Counted from the stretch's first letter, positions 1 to 9,584 are shown. The stretch: DNA of 64,000 nucleotides from Candidatus Phycocordibacter aenigmaticus (GCA_002327585.1 DCWL01000011.1:8746-72745), one strand, 5' to 3'. Program-made: numbers and translations. Notes: generated from the sequence alone by a model not told the origin.

Positions 1-513
1 TCCTTTGCCATTGCATATTTTGCATATGTCCATCTGAGTTCCCGCTTTTCCACCGCTTCCGCTACAGTTCTTGCACTGCGATACTTTTGTAAGAAGCACT
101 TTTCGCTCTGTGCCGAACACTGCATCTCGGAAAGGTACCTCAAGATCAATTGAAATATCGCGGCCGCGCTTTACTTTCTGCCTTCTTCCGCCAAAGATGT
201 CTCCAAGCCCGCCGAAAATATCTCCTATGTCAAAATCCTGATCAAAGTCTTGTGCTCCTCCAAATCCAAAACCGCCAAAACCGGCTCCTTGCCCGCCACT
301 TTCATTGAATATTCGTCCGTACGCATCATACTCTTGCCGCCTCTTTTCATTTGAGAGCACACTATATGCTTCACTTATTTCTTTGAATTTTGCATCGTCA
401 CCTTGCCCTTTGTCGGGATGGTATTTATGTGCAAGCTTTCTGAACGCTTTTTTTATCTCATCGGCGCTTGCTTTCCTATCTATGCCTAAAATTTGATAGT
501 AGTCTTTGGACAT
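1..513 (-). CDS. dnaJ: Chaperone DnaJ (5' part, runs off window start)
   Basis: Manual translation MSKDYYQILG...HKYHPDK (J-domain HPD), G/F-rich region, CxxCxGxG repeats; follows dnaK. Confidence 0.97.
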   Translation of the reverse strand, partial: MSKDYYQILGIDRKASADEIKKAFRKLAHKYHPDKGQGDDAKFKEISEAYSVLSNEKRRQEYDAYGRIFNESGGQGAGFGGFGFGGAQDFDQDFDIGDIFGGLGDIFGGRRQKVKRGRDISIDLEVPFRDAVFGTERKVLLTKVSQCKNCSGSGGKAGTQMDICKICNGKG

Positions 514-598
514 ATATTGTTTATAGAATAACGAATTATGAATTAAGAATCAAGTATACAAAACAACCAACTTTGGGCTGGCTATTTTGTGATTTTAA

Positions 599-2512
599 TT
601 ATTGATTTTTATCTTTATCATCATCCTTTTTTTCGTCATCTTTCTTTTCCTCCTTGAATTCTGCATCGCGGACTTTCTCTTCTCCCTTTTTCTGATCACT
701 TTGTGCTTGCTGGGCTTTAGCCATTTCTTGACCTATCTTCTGCATTTCTTTTGAGAGTTCTTCTGTTGTATTTTTTATTGTCTGCGTATCTTCACCATCT
801 TTGACTTTCTTAAGCTCATCTATTTTAGTCTGAACTGAAGTTTTAATACCTTCATCTATTTTACCCTCAGCATCTTTAAGAGCTTTCTCTCCCGTATAGA
901 TAATCTGCTCCGCAAGATTTCTTGCATCAACAGCTTCTTTCTTTTTAGCATCCTCACTTTCGTGCACCTGCGCGTCCTTTTTCATCTTCTCAATATCCTC
1001 TTCAGAGAGTCCAGAGCTTGCCTCAATCTTTATAGACTGCTCCTTGCCTGAAGATTTATCTTTTGCTTTTACATTTAAAATTCCGTTTGCGTCAACATCA
1101 AATGAAACTTCAACCTGGGGCATCCCTCTTGGCGCAGGAGGGATGCCATCCAAGATAAATTTTCCTAAAGATTTGTTGTCGGATGCCATTGAGCGTTCGC
1201 CCTGTACGACATGTATCTCAACAGATGTCTGATTATCAGCTGCAGTTGAGAAAGTCTGTGACTTGGATGTAGGAATAGTAGAGTTCTTCTCAATTAACTT
1301 TGTCGCAACAGATCCCAATGTCTCAATACCGAGGGAGAGAGGAATTACATCAAGTAAAAGTACATCTTTAACGTCTCCCTGCATAATCCCCGCTTGAATT
1401 GCGGCGCCGAGCGCCACGACCTCATCTGGATTGATTGATTTGTTCGGCTCCTTGCCGAAAACATTCTTTACGGCATCAACAATTGCAGGCATTCTTGTCT
1501 GTCCGCCGACCAATATGATTTCATTTATGTCACTTGCTTGAAAAGGAGACGCTTCAATCGCTTTTTTTGTAATCTCAATTGAGCGGTCAATATACTCTCT
1601 TGCAAGCTCTTCAAGGGTAGCCCTTGTTATCTTTAAAAGCAGATGTTTTGGTCCTGAAGCATCAGAAGTAACAAAAGGAATATTTATTTCAGTCTCTGCA
1701 GTTGAGGAAAGCTCATGTTTTGCTTTCTCCGCTGCCTCGTCAAGACGCTGAAGTGCCAACGGATCATTTGATATATCAACACCGCTTTGCTTTTTGAACT
1801 CATCGGCAATCCATTTAATTATCTTCTGGTCAATGTCACGGCCTCCCATATGCGAGTCGCCGTCCGTTGATTTAACTTCAATAACATCATCCCCTACCTC
1901 AAGGACTGAGATGTCAAATGTACCACCGCCGAAGTCAAAGACAACGATTTTTTCATCTTTCTTTTTGGAAAATCCATATGCAAGCGCAGCAGCAGTCGGT
2001 TCGTTTATAATTCTCTTTACATCAAGTCCTGCGATTTTGCCGGCATCTTTTGTCGCTTTTCTCTGTGAGTCATTGAAATACGCAGGCACCGTTATAACAG
2101 CTTCAGTAATTTTACCGCCAAGCCGCTCTTCTGCATCGTTCTTGAGCTTCTGCAAAATCATTGCAGAAATCTCTTCAGGCCTGTAGTCTTTGCCGCCGAG
2201 CTTTACAAGCACTCCCCCGTCAGAACCTTTTGAAATATCAAATGGCGCAGTTTTCTCGTCTTTCTTTATTTCCGCATCATCGAATCTGTGTCCTATGTAG
2301 CGCTTGATACCGAAAATAGTATTTTTCGGATTTGTAACCGCCTGCCTTTTCGCCAAAAGTCCCGCGAGGCGCTCGTTTGTCTTTGAAATAGCAACAATAG
2401 ACGGAGTCGTTCTTACCCCTTCCTTGTTTTCAATTATTGTTGGCTCACCTCCCTCAACAATTGCTATTGCCGAGTTTGTCGTGCCTAAATCTATACCTAA
2501 AATTTTACTCAT
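599..2512 (-). CDS. dnaK: Chaperone DnaK (Hsp70)
   Basis: [25 protein letters not shown] motifs; start set at MSKILG (2512). Confidence 0.99.
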   Translation of the reverse strand: MSKILGIDLGTTNSAIAIVEGGEPTIIENKEGVRTTPSIVAISKTNERLAGLLAKRQAVTNPKNTIFGIKRYIGHRFDDAEIKKDEKTAPFDISKGSDGGVLVKLGGKDYRPEEISAMILQKLKNDAEERLGGKITEAVITVPAYFNDSQRKATKDAGKIAGLDVKRIINEPTAAALAYGFSKKKDEKIVVFDFGGGTFDISVLEVGDDVIEVKSTDGDSHMGGRDIDQKIIKWIADEFKKQSGVDISNDPLALQRLDEAAEKAKHELSSTAETEINIPFVTSDASGPKHLLLKITRATLEELAREYIDRSIEITKKAIEASPFQASDINEIILVGGQTRMPAIVDAVKNVFGKEPNKSINPDEVVALGAAIQAGIMQGDVKDVLLLDVIPLSLGIETLGSVATKLIEKNSTIPTSKSQTFSTAADNQTSVEIHVVQGERSMASDNKSLGKFILDGIPPAPRGMPQVEVSFDVDANGILNVKAKDKSSGKEQSIKIEASSGLSEEDIEKMKKDAQVHESEDAKKKEAVDARNLAEQIIYTGEKALKDAEGKIDEGIKTSVQTKIDELKKVKDGEDTQTIKNTTEELSKEMQKIGQEMAKAQQAQSDQKKGEEKVRDAEFKEEKKDDEKKDDDKDKNQ

Positions 2513-2528
2513 AATGTTATATAAATTT

Positions 2529-3101
2529 TTAATTTTTAAACTGTCCAACTTTTACTTTTGCCGGTCTGACAATCTTTTTATTCAAAATATATCCTTTCTG
2601 CAAAACTTCAATTACCTTGTGGTCGTCGCCTTTTTTATCTGTAACCACAATTTCAACCGAATCGTGGCAAGCTGGATCAAACTGTTCTCCAGAAGGGTCA
2701 AACTGCTCAAGTCCGTGCTCCCCCAAAGTCTTTAGAAGCTGAGAATGTATATGCTCTACTCCCTTCCTCCAATCTTTGTCCACTTTCCCCCAAGTCTGTT
2801 TGTCGGCAAAAGCCATATCAAAATTATCAATTGAAGAGAGCAAATCAAACATAAGCTCTTCTTTTGCAAATGACATAAGTTCTGCTCTCAACCCCTCTTC
2901 CTTTTTCTTTGCATTTATAAAATCAGCTTTACTTCTCTGCCAGCCATCAAGATACTCCCGTTTTTCCTCAACACATTTCTCGAGCTTTTCACGAAGCTTC
3001 TTTACAGTTATAGTATCGCTAATTATCTCATCTTCAAAAACAACACCATCTTCAATGTTTTTATTATGCTGTCTTTTGTCTTTTTTGTCAACTTTTTTCA
3101 T
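2529..3101 (-). CDS. grpE: Nucleotide exchange factor GrpE
   Basis: ADFIN, FDP..H, QKGY...RPAKVKV; upstream of dnaK. Confidence 0.97.
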   Translation of the reverse strand: MKKVDKKDKRQHNKNIEDGVVFEDEIISDTITVKKLREKLEKCVEEKREYLDGWQRSKADFINAKKKEEGLRAELMSFAKEELMFDLLSSIDNFDMAFADKQTWGKVDKDWRKGVEHIHSQLLKTLGEHGLEQFDPSGEQFDPACHDSVEIVVTDKKGDDHKVIEVLQKGYILNKKIVRPAKVKVGQFKN

Positions 3102-3102
3102 T

Positions 3103-3528
3103 TTACCTCTTGCTCCACTGGGCGGCTTTTCGGGCTTTTTTAAGTCCCGGTTTTTTACGCTCTTTTATTCTGGCATCCCGTTTGAGAAAACCGTCTTTTT
3201 TTAGCTTACTTCTAAGTTCTTGGTCGAATAAGATAAGCGCTCTTGCAATACCAAGCGATATTGCATCGGACTGCGCAGATGCTCCCCCACCATTTACATG
3301 AACTGAGACTTTGAATTTCTGGGAAATATTAATTGATTCAAATACTTTTCTTATATTTCTACGCAGTTCATCAATAGGAAAATAATCCTCCAGACTTCTT
3401 TTATTTATTTCAAATGAATATTTATCGCTGGAGAAAATACGCACACGGGCAATGGCGGACTTCCTTCTGCCGATTGCTTCAATGTATCTGCTTGGGGATG
3501 TTTTTTGTTTTGTTTCTACTGTTGACAT
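3103..3528 (-). CDS. rpsI: 30S ribosomal protein S9
   Basis: GRRKSAIARV, ERKKPGLKKARKAAQWSKR. Confidence 0.99.
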   Translation of the reverse strand: MSTVETKQKTSPSRYIEAIGRRKSAIARVRIFSSDKYSFEINKRSLEDYFPIDELRRNIRKVFESINISQKFKVSVHVNGGGASAQSDAISLGIARALILFDQELRSKLKKDGFLKRDARIKERKKPGLKKARKAAQWSKR

Positions 3529-3529
3529 A

Positions 3530-3877
3530 TTATTCTTCTATAATTAAGTGTTTCATCATTTTTGGCCGCAATTTATTGTCCGAAAGCATGCCATACACCG
3601 CCTTTTTTACCACCTCTCCATATCCTTTTCGTTCAATCAATTTGCCCATCTTCTCTTTTTTCAATCCACTCGGATATCCACTATATCTTGTATACACTTT
3701 GCCTCCTTTTTTGGCATCTGTGATTTGGAGTTTTGAAGCATTTGTAATTTTTACTTCTATCTCAGGTACTCTATTCTTTGTAAAATCTGCGGTATCTTTG
3801 CCCATCAAAAAACTTGCCGCCTTTGAAGCGAGTCTTCCTAATTTTTCTCCTTCTGCATTTATTTCTATTTTTTTCAT
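3530..3877 (-). CDS. rplM: 50S ribosomal protein L13 (compact, 115 aa)
   Basis: LGRLAS, YSGYPSGLK, AVYGML; paired with rpsI. Confidence 0.97.
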   Translation of the reverse strand: MKKIEINAEGEKLGRLASKAASFLMGKDTADFTKNRVPEIEVKITNASKLQITDAKKGGKVYTRYSGYPSGLKKEKMGKLIERKGYGEVVKKAVYGMLSDNKLRPKMMKHLIIEE

Positions 3878-3881
3878 AATC

Positions 3882-4235
3882 CTATTCTACAAATTCTATT
3901 ATTGCCTCTTTAGCCGAATCGTTTTTTCTTGCTCCAAGTTTTGTGATTCTTGTATATCCTCCCTTTCTTTCCTTATATTTTGGAGCAAGTGTATCAAATA
4001 ATTTTGCCGTCGCAACCTTGCTGGCAAGCCGGCTTATTACAAGACGGCGCGACATGAGCGTGTTGACTTTGCCTTTTGAAACTAACTTCTCCACAAACGG
4101 CCTGAGTTCTTTTGCTTTTGCTTCCGTGGTTTTTATCTTGTTTCGCAAAATCAATGAGCGTGCAAGAGAACGCAGAAGTGCTGTTCTCTGCTTTTTGACG
4201 CGTCCCAATTTTCTGTTTTTATTATGATGACGCAT
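3882..4235 (-). CDS. rplQ: 50S ribosomal protein L17
   Basis: MRH...RKLGR, TTEAKAKELR, GGYTRI. Confidence 0.99.
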   Translation of the reverse strand: MRHHNKNRKLGRVKKQRTALLRSLARSLILRNKIKTTEAKAKELRPFVEKLVSKGKVNTLMSRRLVISRLASKVATAKLFDTLAPKYKERKGGYTRITKLGARKNDSAKEAIIEFVE

Positions 4236-4238
4236 GAT

Positions 4239-5222
4239 TTATTTAAGAATAATACCGTAATTTCCCAATGCTCTTTTTATCTCCTGAAGACCTTTCTTTC
4301 CAAGCCCTTCGATTTCTAAAATATCTTTCTCTTTCTTCCGCACAAGTCCACCAACCGTCCTTATATTTGCATTCGTCAGCGCATTAATATTCCGCGCCGA
4401 AAGGTTAAGCGATTCGATTCTCGTTTTTAAAAATTCTGTGTCTATCTCTTCCGCCTTCGCCTTGGCTTCGGCGGACAAGTCCTCTTTTATTTCCTCCTCT
4501 TCTTCTTTTGTCTCTTTTTCTATTTCTTCTTCTTTGAAACCAACTATCGCCTTGAGTTGATTTATCATAATCTCTATTGATTTCTCAAGCGCCTCGTGCG
4601 CTGTTATAGTGCCGTCTGTTTCAATAAACAAACGCAGTCTGTTGAAGTCCGTTCTGTCGCCGACACGCATGTTCTCAACCTCATAGTTTACCTTTCTTAT
4701 TGGAGTGAAAATCGCATCCAACGCTACAGTTCCCATATCAACTTTATCTTTCTGAAGCACCTCCTTTGACACATATCCGAGTCCCCGCTCAACTATCATT
4801 TCAATTGAAAGTTCCGCCTTTTTGTCTGTAATCTCGGCTATATATTGATCAGAGTTGAGAATCTTGACCTGAGAAGGCATCTTTATATCTGCTGCCGTCA
4901 CCGATTTCTCTCCTTCTGCGCTGAGAGTTACGGTTTGAGGTTCGTCAGTCAACATCTGGATTCTCACTTTCTTGAGATTAAGAAGTATAGTAACAACATC
5001 CTCTTTGATGCCATCTATTGTAGAGAACTCATGAGCAACGCCTTCTATCTTAACTGATGTTATAGCGGCACCCGGCAGGGAAGAGAGAATAATCCTTCTT
5101 AGAGAATTGCCCAGTGTATGCCCGTAGCCTGGATAAAGACTATCAATTTCATATGTGCCCTTGAACTCCTCTTCCGAGACAATTCTCGGCTTGGATGGAA
5201 GTGATACATTGTATTCTGACAT
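4239..5222 (-). CDS. rpoA: RNA polymerase subunit alpha
   Basis: GYGHTLGNSLRRIILSS, HEFSTIDGIKED, alpha-CTD. Confidence 0.99.
   Translation of the reverse strand: MSEYNVSLPSKPRIVSEEEFKGTYEIDSLYPGYGHTLGNSLRRIILSSLPGAAITSVKIEGVAHEFSTIDGIKEDVVTILLNLKKVRIQMLTDEPQTVTLSAEGEKSVTAADIKMPSQVKILNSDQYIAEITDKKAELSIEMIVERGLGYVSKEVLQKDKVDMGTVALDAIFTPIRKVNYEVENMRVGDRTDFNRLRLFIETDGTITAHEALEKSIEIMINQLKAIVGFKEEEIEKETKEEEEEIKEDLSAEAKAKAEEIDTEFLKTRIESLNLSARNINALTNANIRTVGGLVRKKEKDILEIEGLGKKGLQEIKRALGNYGIILK
4450..4475 (-). repeat. Short palindromic element in rpoA linker (TCCGCCGAAGCCAAGGCGAAGGCGGA)
   Basis: TCCGCC/GGCGGA stem, GAA/GAA internal loop; GC-rich patch in AT-rich linker, encodes SAEAKAKA. Confidence 0.65.
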
Positions 5223-5278
5223 AGTAATAAATTAATTAGTTTATAAAATTTATAATTTGGAAATTTAAAATTACTTGA

Positions 5279-5896
5279 TTATCTGCTATAAAACTCAAGT
5301 ACGGAACCTACATCAAACATAAGCTCTGTGATTTCTTGAGATGGCTTGCCTTTTATCTCCCCCTCTAAACTTTTATTATTGAAAGAAGCCCATGCAGGAG
5401 ATTTATGGTCTTTGAGCTGTTCCTGTATGTTTAAAAACAAATTGCTTGTTCTGCTGCCCTTCCTCACACTTATTTTCGCGCCCTTTGATACTTTGTATGA
5501 TGGTATTGTCACTTTTCTTCCATCCACGGTTATGTGCCCATGCGAAACCATCTGTCGTGCCATCTGCCTTGAGCGGGCAAGACCGAATCTGTACACAACA
5601 TTATCAAGGCGGGACTCAAGATTTTCAATCAGTTGCACGACGGGCTTTGCATTCTTTTTAGCAACCGCTTCTTTGACATACCGGGACAATTGCTTTTCAG
5701 CGATGCCGTATGTGTATCTTACTTTCTGCTTTTCAAGAAGTTGGCGTCCATAGTCGGACATTTGTCTTGGGCGTGCACCAATCCTCCTCTTTTTTTTGGC
5801 CTTCTCTTCCGCAAGAGCAAATTTATGCGTCTGACATTTATCAAAGACGCCGCTTCCCAATCTTTTACATATTTTATATTTTGGACCAATTCGCAT
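5279..5896 (-). CDS. rpsD: 30S ribosomal protein S4
   Basis: SDYGRQLLEKQK, LESRLDNVVYR, ARQMVSHGH. Confidence 0.99.
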   Translation of the reverse strand: MRIGPKYKICKRLGSGVFDKCQTHKFALAEEKAKKKRRIGARPRQMSDYGRQLLEKQKVRYTYGIAEKQLSRYVKEAVAKKNAKPVVQLIENLESRLDNVVYRFGLARSRQMARQMVSHGHITVDGRKVTIPSYKVSKGAKISVRKGSRTSNLFLNIQEQLKDHKSPAWASFNNKSLEGEIKGKPSQEITELMFDVGSVLEFYSR

Positions 5897-5935
5897 AATA
5901 AATTATTTTTTATTCCTGATTCCTAAATTCCGTGC

Positions 5936-6370
5936 CTAAACCCTACGGGGTTTAGGTGGCCTTGGACCATTGTGTGGAACAGGAGTCGTGTCTTTTATTG
6001 AAGAAACCTGAATGCCCTTTGCCGTAAAGCCGCGAAGAGCGGATTCTCTTCCTCCGCCAACACCCTTGATTACGACACTCACATCTTTTACTCCTATCAT
6101 TGACGCTTTCTCCCCTAAAAGCTCCCCAACCTTTGCCGCAGCAAAAGGTGTTCCTTTTTTTGCTCCCTTAAAACCAAGTGAACCGCTTGAAGACCACATA
6201 ACAGAACCGCCTTTTTTGTCTGTCAGTATAAGTTTTGTATTGTTGTAAGTCGCCTGAATATGAAGTACGCCTGTGTCCAGCTTCCTTTTAGGTACACGCG
6301 CAAGAGAGCGGGACTGGAGTCCTTTGTCTGCTTCGCCTCCTGCTTTTTTTATAACTCTCTTTTTTCCCAT
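5936..6370 (-). CDS. rpsK: 30S ribosomal protein S11
   Basis: ATYNNT, GTPFAA, TPVPHNGPRPPKPRRV. Confidence 0.99.
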   Translation of the reverse strand: MGKKRVIKKAGGEADKGLQSRSLARVPKRKLDTGVLHIQATYNNTKLILTDKKGGSVMWSSSGSLGFKGAKKGTPFAAAKVGELLGEKASMIGVKDVSVVIKGVGGGRESALRGFTAKGIQVSSIKDTTPVPHNGPRPPKPRRV

Positions 6371-6375
6371 TTATT

Positions 6376-6753
6376 TTAAGTTTTCTCAAGTTTCTTCCTT
6401 CCCGAGCCCATAGTCTTCTTTACACCTTTGAGAGTTCTTGCATTCGTCTTTGTCCTCTGGCCTCTTGCCGGAAGTCTTTTTGTATGCCGAGAACCCCTGT
6501 ATGATTTGATATCTTTCAATCGTTTAATATTTCCTGACACTTCTCTTCGCAACTCTCCTTCAATTTTCTCCCCCTCGATTAATTTTCTTATTGAGTTTTC
6601 TTCTTCGGAAGATAGCTCGGAAGGTCGTTTGCCCTTGTCGATATTTGCACCGTCAAGAAGTGTTCTTGATTTGGAAATGCCAACACCATACACGGCTGTT
6701 AGTCCGTACTCTATTCTTTTTTTGTCCGGTATTGTTACTCCTGATATACGCAT
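6376..6753 (-). CDS. rpsM: 30S ribosomal protein S13
   Basis: LTAVYGVG, YRGSRH, RGQRTKTNART. Confidence 0.99.
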   Translation of the reverse strand: MRISGVTIPDKKRIEYGLTAVYGVGISKSRTLLDGANIDKGKRPSELSSEEENSIRKLIEGEKIEGELRREVSGNIKRLKDIKSYRGSRHTKRLPARGQRTKTNARTLKGVKKTMGSGRKKLEKT

Positions 6754-6785
6754 ACACTTTAAAAAATGATAATTAAAAATTATTA

Positions 6786-6899
6786 TTACCCTTGCCTCTG
6801 TTTATGGCGCGGGTTCTTACAAATTACACAAATTCTTCTTTTCCTTCTTACAATCTTACATTCTGCACATATTTTTTTTACGGATGCTTTTATCTTCAT
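6786..6899 (-). CDS. rpmJ: 50S ribosomal protein L36 (Zn-binding form), absent from ORF track
   Basis: Manual translation [37 protein letters not shown]. Confidence 0.98.
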   Translation of the reverse strand: MKIKASVKKICAECKIVRRKRRICVICKNPRHKQRQG

Positions 6900-6902
6900 T
6901 TC

Positions 6903-7121
6903 CTATAATCGCTTAATAATTCTCCCCTTTCCTCCATAAGGATCAATTGCAACAATCACTTTATCCCCAACAAGAACCTTTATCTTAAATTTACGCATCT
7001 TCCCTGAAAGATACGCGATGATTTTTTCGTCATTTGAAAGATTTACCCGGAATAGCGTATTTGGCAGTGTCTCGTCCACCACACCGGTCATTTCTTCTGG
7101 TGTTTCTTGTTTATTTTCCAT
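6903..7121 (-). CDS. infA: Translation initiation factor IF-1
   Basis: ETLPNTLFRV, AYLSGKMR, GDKV. Confidence 0.98.
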   Translation of the reverse strand: MENKQETPEEMTGVVDETLPNTLFRVNLSNDEKIIAYLSGKMRKFKIKVLVGDKVIVAIDPYGGKGRIIKRL

Positions 7122-7235
7122 TTACGGCTTCTCGTAGAATTTTCACATAGTACCAAAATAGTGAGTATAAAGTCAAGTATTGTGCACAATTTAGCCCATA
7201 GTATAAGGATTTAGCAAGTATCCACATTTTCAATG

Positions 7236-7263
7236 TTGACAAAGTCATATTTTTTGTTATACT
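7236..7263 (+). promoter_or_regulatory. sigma70-type promoter of orphan ORF 7302
   Basis: TTGACA-16-TATACT with TG extension; SD AAGGAG upstream of ATG. Confidence 0.7.
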
Positions 7264-7301
7264 GTAAAAAATAGACTTCATAGGTTTTTAAGGAGACAGT
7301 A

Positions 7302-7598
7302 ATGATAGATACGGAAAAATTGAAGGAAAAAATAGCAAATGTAGAAAGTCAACGTAATTGTTCTTTAGATCTTGAGAGTACCAAAAAACTTATTATAAAG
7401 GTTCAAAGAGAATATGAGTCCGGTGTACAAAAAAAGTTGGGATTCAAAAATCTTGTTGAGAAATGTGCGGAAGCCTTTGAGTTGAATTACAATTACTGCA
7501 GAGTCGCTTTCTCATATCTAAGTAGTAGAAATAAAAAAGAGAATGTTCAGAAAAATAAAAGTACTGAACATCTACAATATCATCTGGCTTTTAAATAG
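7302..7598 (+). CDS. Hypothetical protein, 98 aa (orphan cassette)
   Basis: ORF with own promoter and SD; no recognised motif. Confidence 0.7.
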   Translation: MIDTEKLKEKIANVESQRNCSLDLESTKKLIIKVQREYESGVQKKLGFKNLVEKCAEAFELNYNYCRVAFSYLSSRNKKENVQKNKSTEHLQYHLAFK

Positions 7599-8127
7599 CC
7601 AGATGATTATTTTTTACCAAAACAAAACGATACGGCTTTTTAGTATATTTGCCGGCATAGCCAACTCCGATCCTCGGAGTTTTTTTAATTTCATCTTTTT
7701 TAATTTTTATTCCTCTGTCTTCAATCCAAAGTCCTGTTTTCTTATCTGCTTTCTTCTTATTAAATTTTCTGTCAATTCTAAGCGTCTTTGTAAGCTTCCC
7801 CGGTCCGTTTATTCCATCAACACCCCGTATCAAAACTGCCGCAGGATAATCTTTTTTACCTATAACGATATTGAGCATATTGTACATTCCGTATACAAAA
7901 TATACATACCAATATCCGGCCTGCCCGAACATCACTTCATTTCGCATCGTTCTCCCGCGATGCGCGTGGGATGCTTTGTCTTTAAATCCATCATACGCTT
8001 CAACTTCTGTTATCATATATGCTCTCTCTTTTCCTCTACTTTTCTTAACGAGAAATTTACCAAGCAGTCTTTCAGCAACACTAAGCGACGATCTCTCAAA
8101 AAATACTTTATTTAATACTTTTCTCAT
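7591..8127 (-). CDS. mpg: DNA-3-methyladenine glycosylase (MPG/AAG family)
   Basis: ITEVEAY, ASHA, YVYFVYGMY..LN, AVLIRG, GPGKLT, TPRIGV. Confidence 0.95.
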   Translation of the reverse strand: MRKVLNKVFFERSSLSVAERLLGKFLVKKSRGKERAYMITEVEAYDGFKDKASHAHRGRTMRNEVMFGQAGYWYVYFVYGMYNMLNIVIGKKDYPAAVLIRGVDGINGPGKLTKTLRIDRKFNKKKADKKTGLWIEDRGIKIKKDEIKKTPRIGVGYAGKYTKKPYRFVLVKNNHLAI

Positions 8128-8136
8128 AATGTAGAT

Positions 8137-8173
8137 AAAAAAAGCAACCGTATTTTATTTATACGGTCGCTTT
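8137..8173 (-). terminator. Intrinsic terminator overlapping end of ORF 8155-8400
   Basis: AAAGCGACCGTAT / ATACGGTTGCTTT stem then T-run. Confidence 0.7.
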
Positions 8174-8400
8174 GGCCAAAGAACTTTTAGAGTAACTTTG
8201 GTAAATCCCTTTTCGGGAGAACATTTTGGACATTTCTTGCCAAACTTGACCGCTCCACCAAAAGCACCATCGTTTATTTTTTTTTGTAATTTTTTCCATT
8301 TATCTTTAACAATAAATTTCTTGAAAGTGCGTACTGTAACCAGATATTCTCCGCATTTTGAACAAGAAAAGAAATATTTTACAGTCAAATAAACCACCAC
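8155..8400 (-). CDS. Small zinc-ribbon-like hypothetical protein, 81 aa (orphan cassette)
   Basis: CSKC and CPKC pairs; promoter TTGACG-17-TATAAT (8506-8478); purine-rich AAAGGTGG at the start region. Confidence 0.7.
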   Translation of the reverse strand: MVVYLTVKYFFSCSKCGEYLVTVRTFKKFIVKDKWKKLQKKINDGAFGGAVKFGKKCPKCSPEKGFTKVTLKVLWPKRPYK

Positions 8401-8630
8401 CTTTCATTAAAATTAAAGCAGGGAGTGATGTTTAATGCACTCCCCACAGCTGTAAGGATTCATAGTTACACGTGTTAATTATACACTAGAATAATTATTT
8501 CGTCAAGAATAATTAAAGCCGTTTGAACAAGTGACCCCACAGCGTGGCTTTCAGAACTTGTGTGTCAGAGAGAACATATTGTTAGTTCCATTCAAAATCT
8601 AGAAATGGTGATGGCATGATTCCAGGTTTT

Positions 8631-8738
8631 TCATAGAAACAATTTATATAAAGCAGAACCTACCAAAAATATGCCGACAACTACAAACCCAAGTGGTCTG
8701 ATATACCTATTGATAGTGTAATCTTTCTTTTCTGACAT
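8631..8738 (-). CDS. Small membrane peptide, 35 aa, absent from ORF track
   Basis: MSEKKDYTINRYIRPLGFVVVGIFLVGSALYKLFL; one hydrophobic segment; follows the 141-aa ORF. Confidence 0.5.
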   Translation of the reverse strand: MSEKKDYTINRYIRPLGFVVVGIFLVGSALYKLFL

Positions 8739-8787
8739 TAATCCACTTTTATCTTCCCACAATATTCTAAACATTTTTTTTATGAAA

Positions 8788-9213
8788 CTAGACTTCCTTG
8801 AATTCGCAAAGTTCTCCGTCTATAAGACCAATCATTGTGAAATGGATGAAAAATACTTTCCAATTTGGGCCATTAGCCATAACAACTGATTTGTCGTTTA
8901 TATATTTCTCTCCACGGTATTTGCCATTACTTTCTGAGTTGTATGTTATTTTCAGCCAGGCAGTGCCTCCGTATTTGTTACGGTATTCCATTGATGATTC
9001 AACACCATTTTGTTTGAACGTCTTGAAGTCAGGGTCATAACAAGCGCTGCCCATCACTCTTACACCACCTCTATTTGTAAAGCTGGAAAATAGCACATTG
9101 AGCGGAAAGACATTTAACTCTGGCTTTCCCTCAATCTCAAGTGGCTTTGGGATAAAAGAATACAATGTTCCTCGGTTCACTGCCCCATTTGCTTTTTGTT
9201 TGTCTATATTCAT
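8788..9213 (-). CDS. Hypothetical protein, 141 aa, downstream of SAM-I riboswitch
   Basis: Start reset to MNIDKQ (9213) because the upstream part of the ORF-track call overlaps the riboswitch and terminator. Confidence 0.75.
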   Translation of the reverse strand: MNIDKQKANGAVNRGTLYSFIPKPLEIEGKPELNVFPLNVLFSSFTNRGGVRVMGSACYDPDFKTFKQNGVESSMEYRNKYGGTAWLKITYNSESNGKYRGEKYINDKSVVMANGPNWKVFFIHFTMIGLIDGELCEFKEV

Positions 9214-9218
9214 AATGT

Positions 9219-9245
9219 AAAACGCTCTTCTTGGGAGAAGAGCGT
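9219..9245 (-). terminator. Riboswitch expression-platform terminator
   Basis: ACGCTCTTCT-CCCA-AGAAGAGCGT 10-bp stem plus short T-run just before the ATG. Confidence 0.8.
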
Positions 9246-9265
9246 AGTTTAAAATAAAACCGACC

Positions 9266-9369
9266 TTTATCTCTCCCGTTAGGGTTGGATTTAGCACCTT
9301 CTTGAAACAGCCAGTTTCAAGGGTTGCCTACGGGTCATAGAGCCAAATCTCTCACCGCATCTTGATAAA
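9266..9369 (-). ncRNA. SAM-I (S-box) riboswitch aptamer
   Basis: Minus strand TTTATCAAGATGCGGTGAGAGATTTGGCTCTATGACCCGTAGGCAACC-CTTGAAAC..GTTTCAAG-AAGGTGCTAAATCCAACCCTAACGGGAGAGATAAA: P1 TTTATC/GATAAA, AUCAAGA, GCAACC, GGUGCUAAAUCC, short P4. Confidence 0.9.
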
Positions 9370-9584
9370 CCATATTCAATTGTCGTCCTTATTGTTTACA
9401 ACAAGGACTTCATCTCGATGGTTTCTAACCCTTAACCGAATTGTGTAAAGTGCCCATAATGAAGAATCTAATAATTTTACATCGGAGACCAGACTATTTA
9501 TTTTTTCGGGGGGGATTTTTTTAAAAATTGAATGGGCGGAAACGGGACGAGGGCGGAGCGACGCGCGGAAAAAAAAGTTCTAAA

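Noticed and set aside
9214-9297. N-terminal extension of ORF 8788-9297
   Set aside because: Overlaps the SAM aptamer and terminator; ATG at 9213 is more plausible
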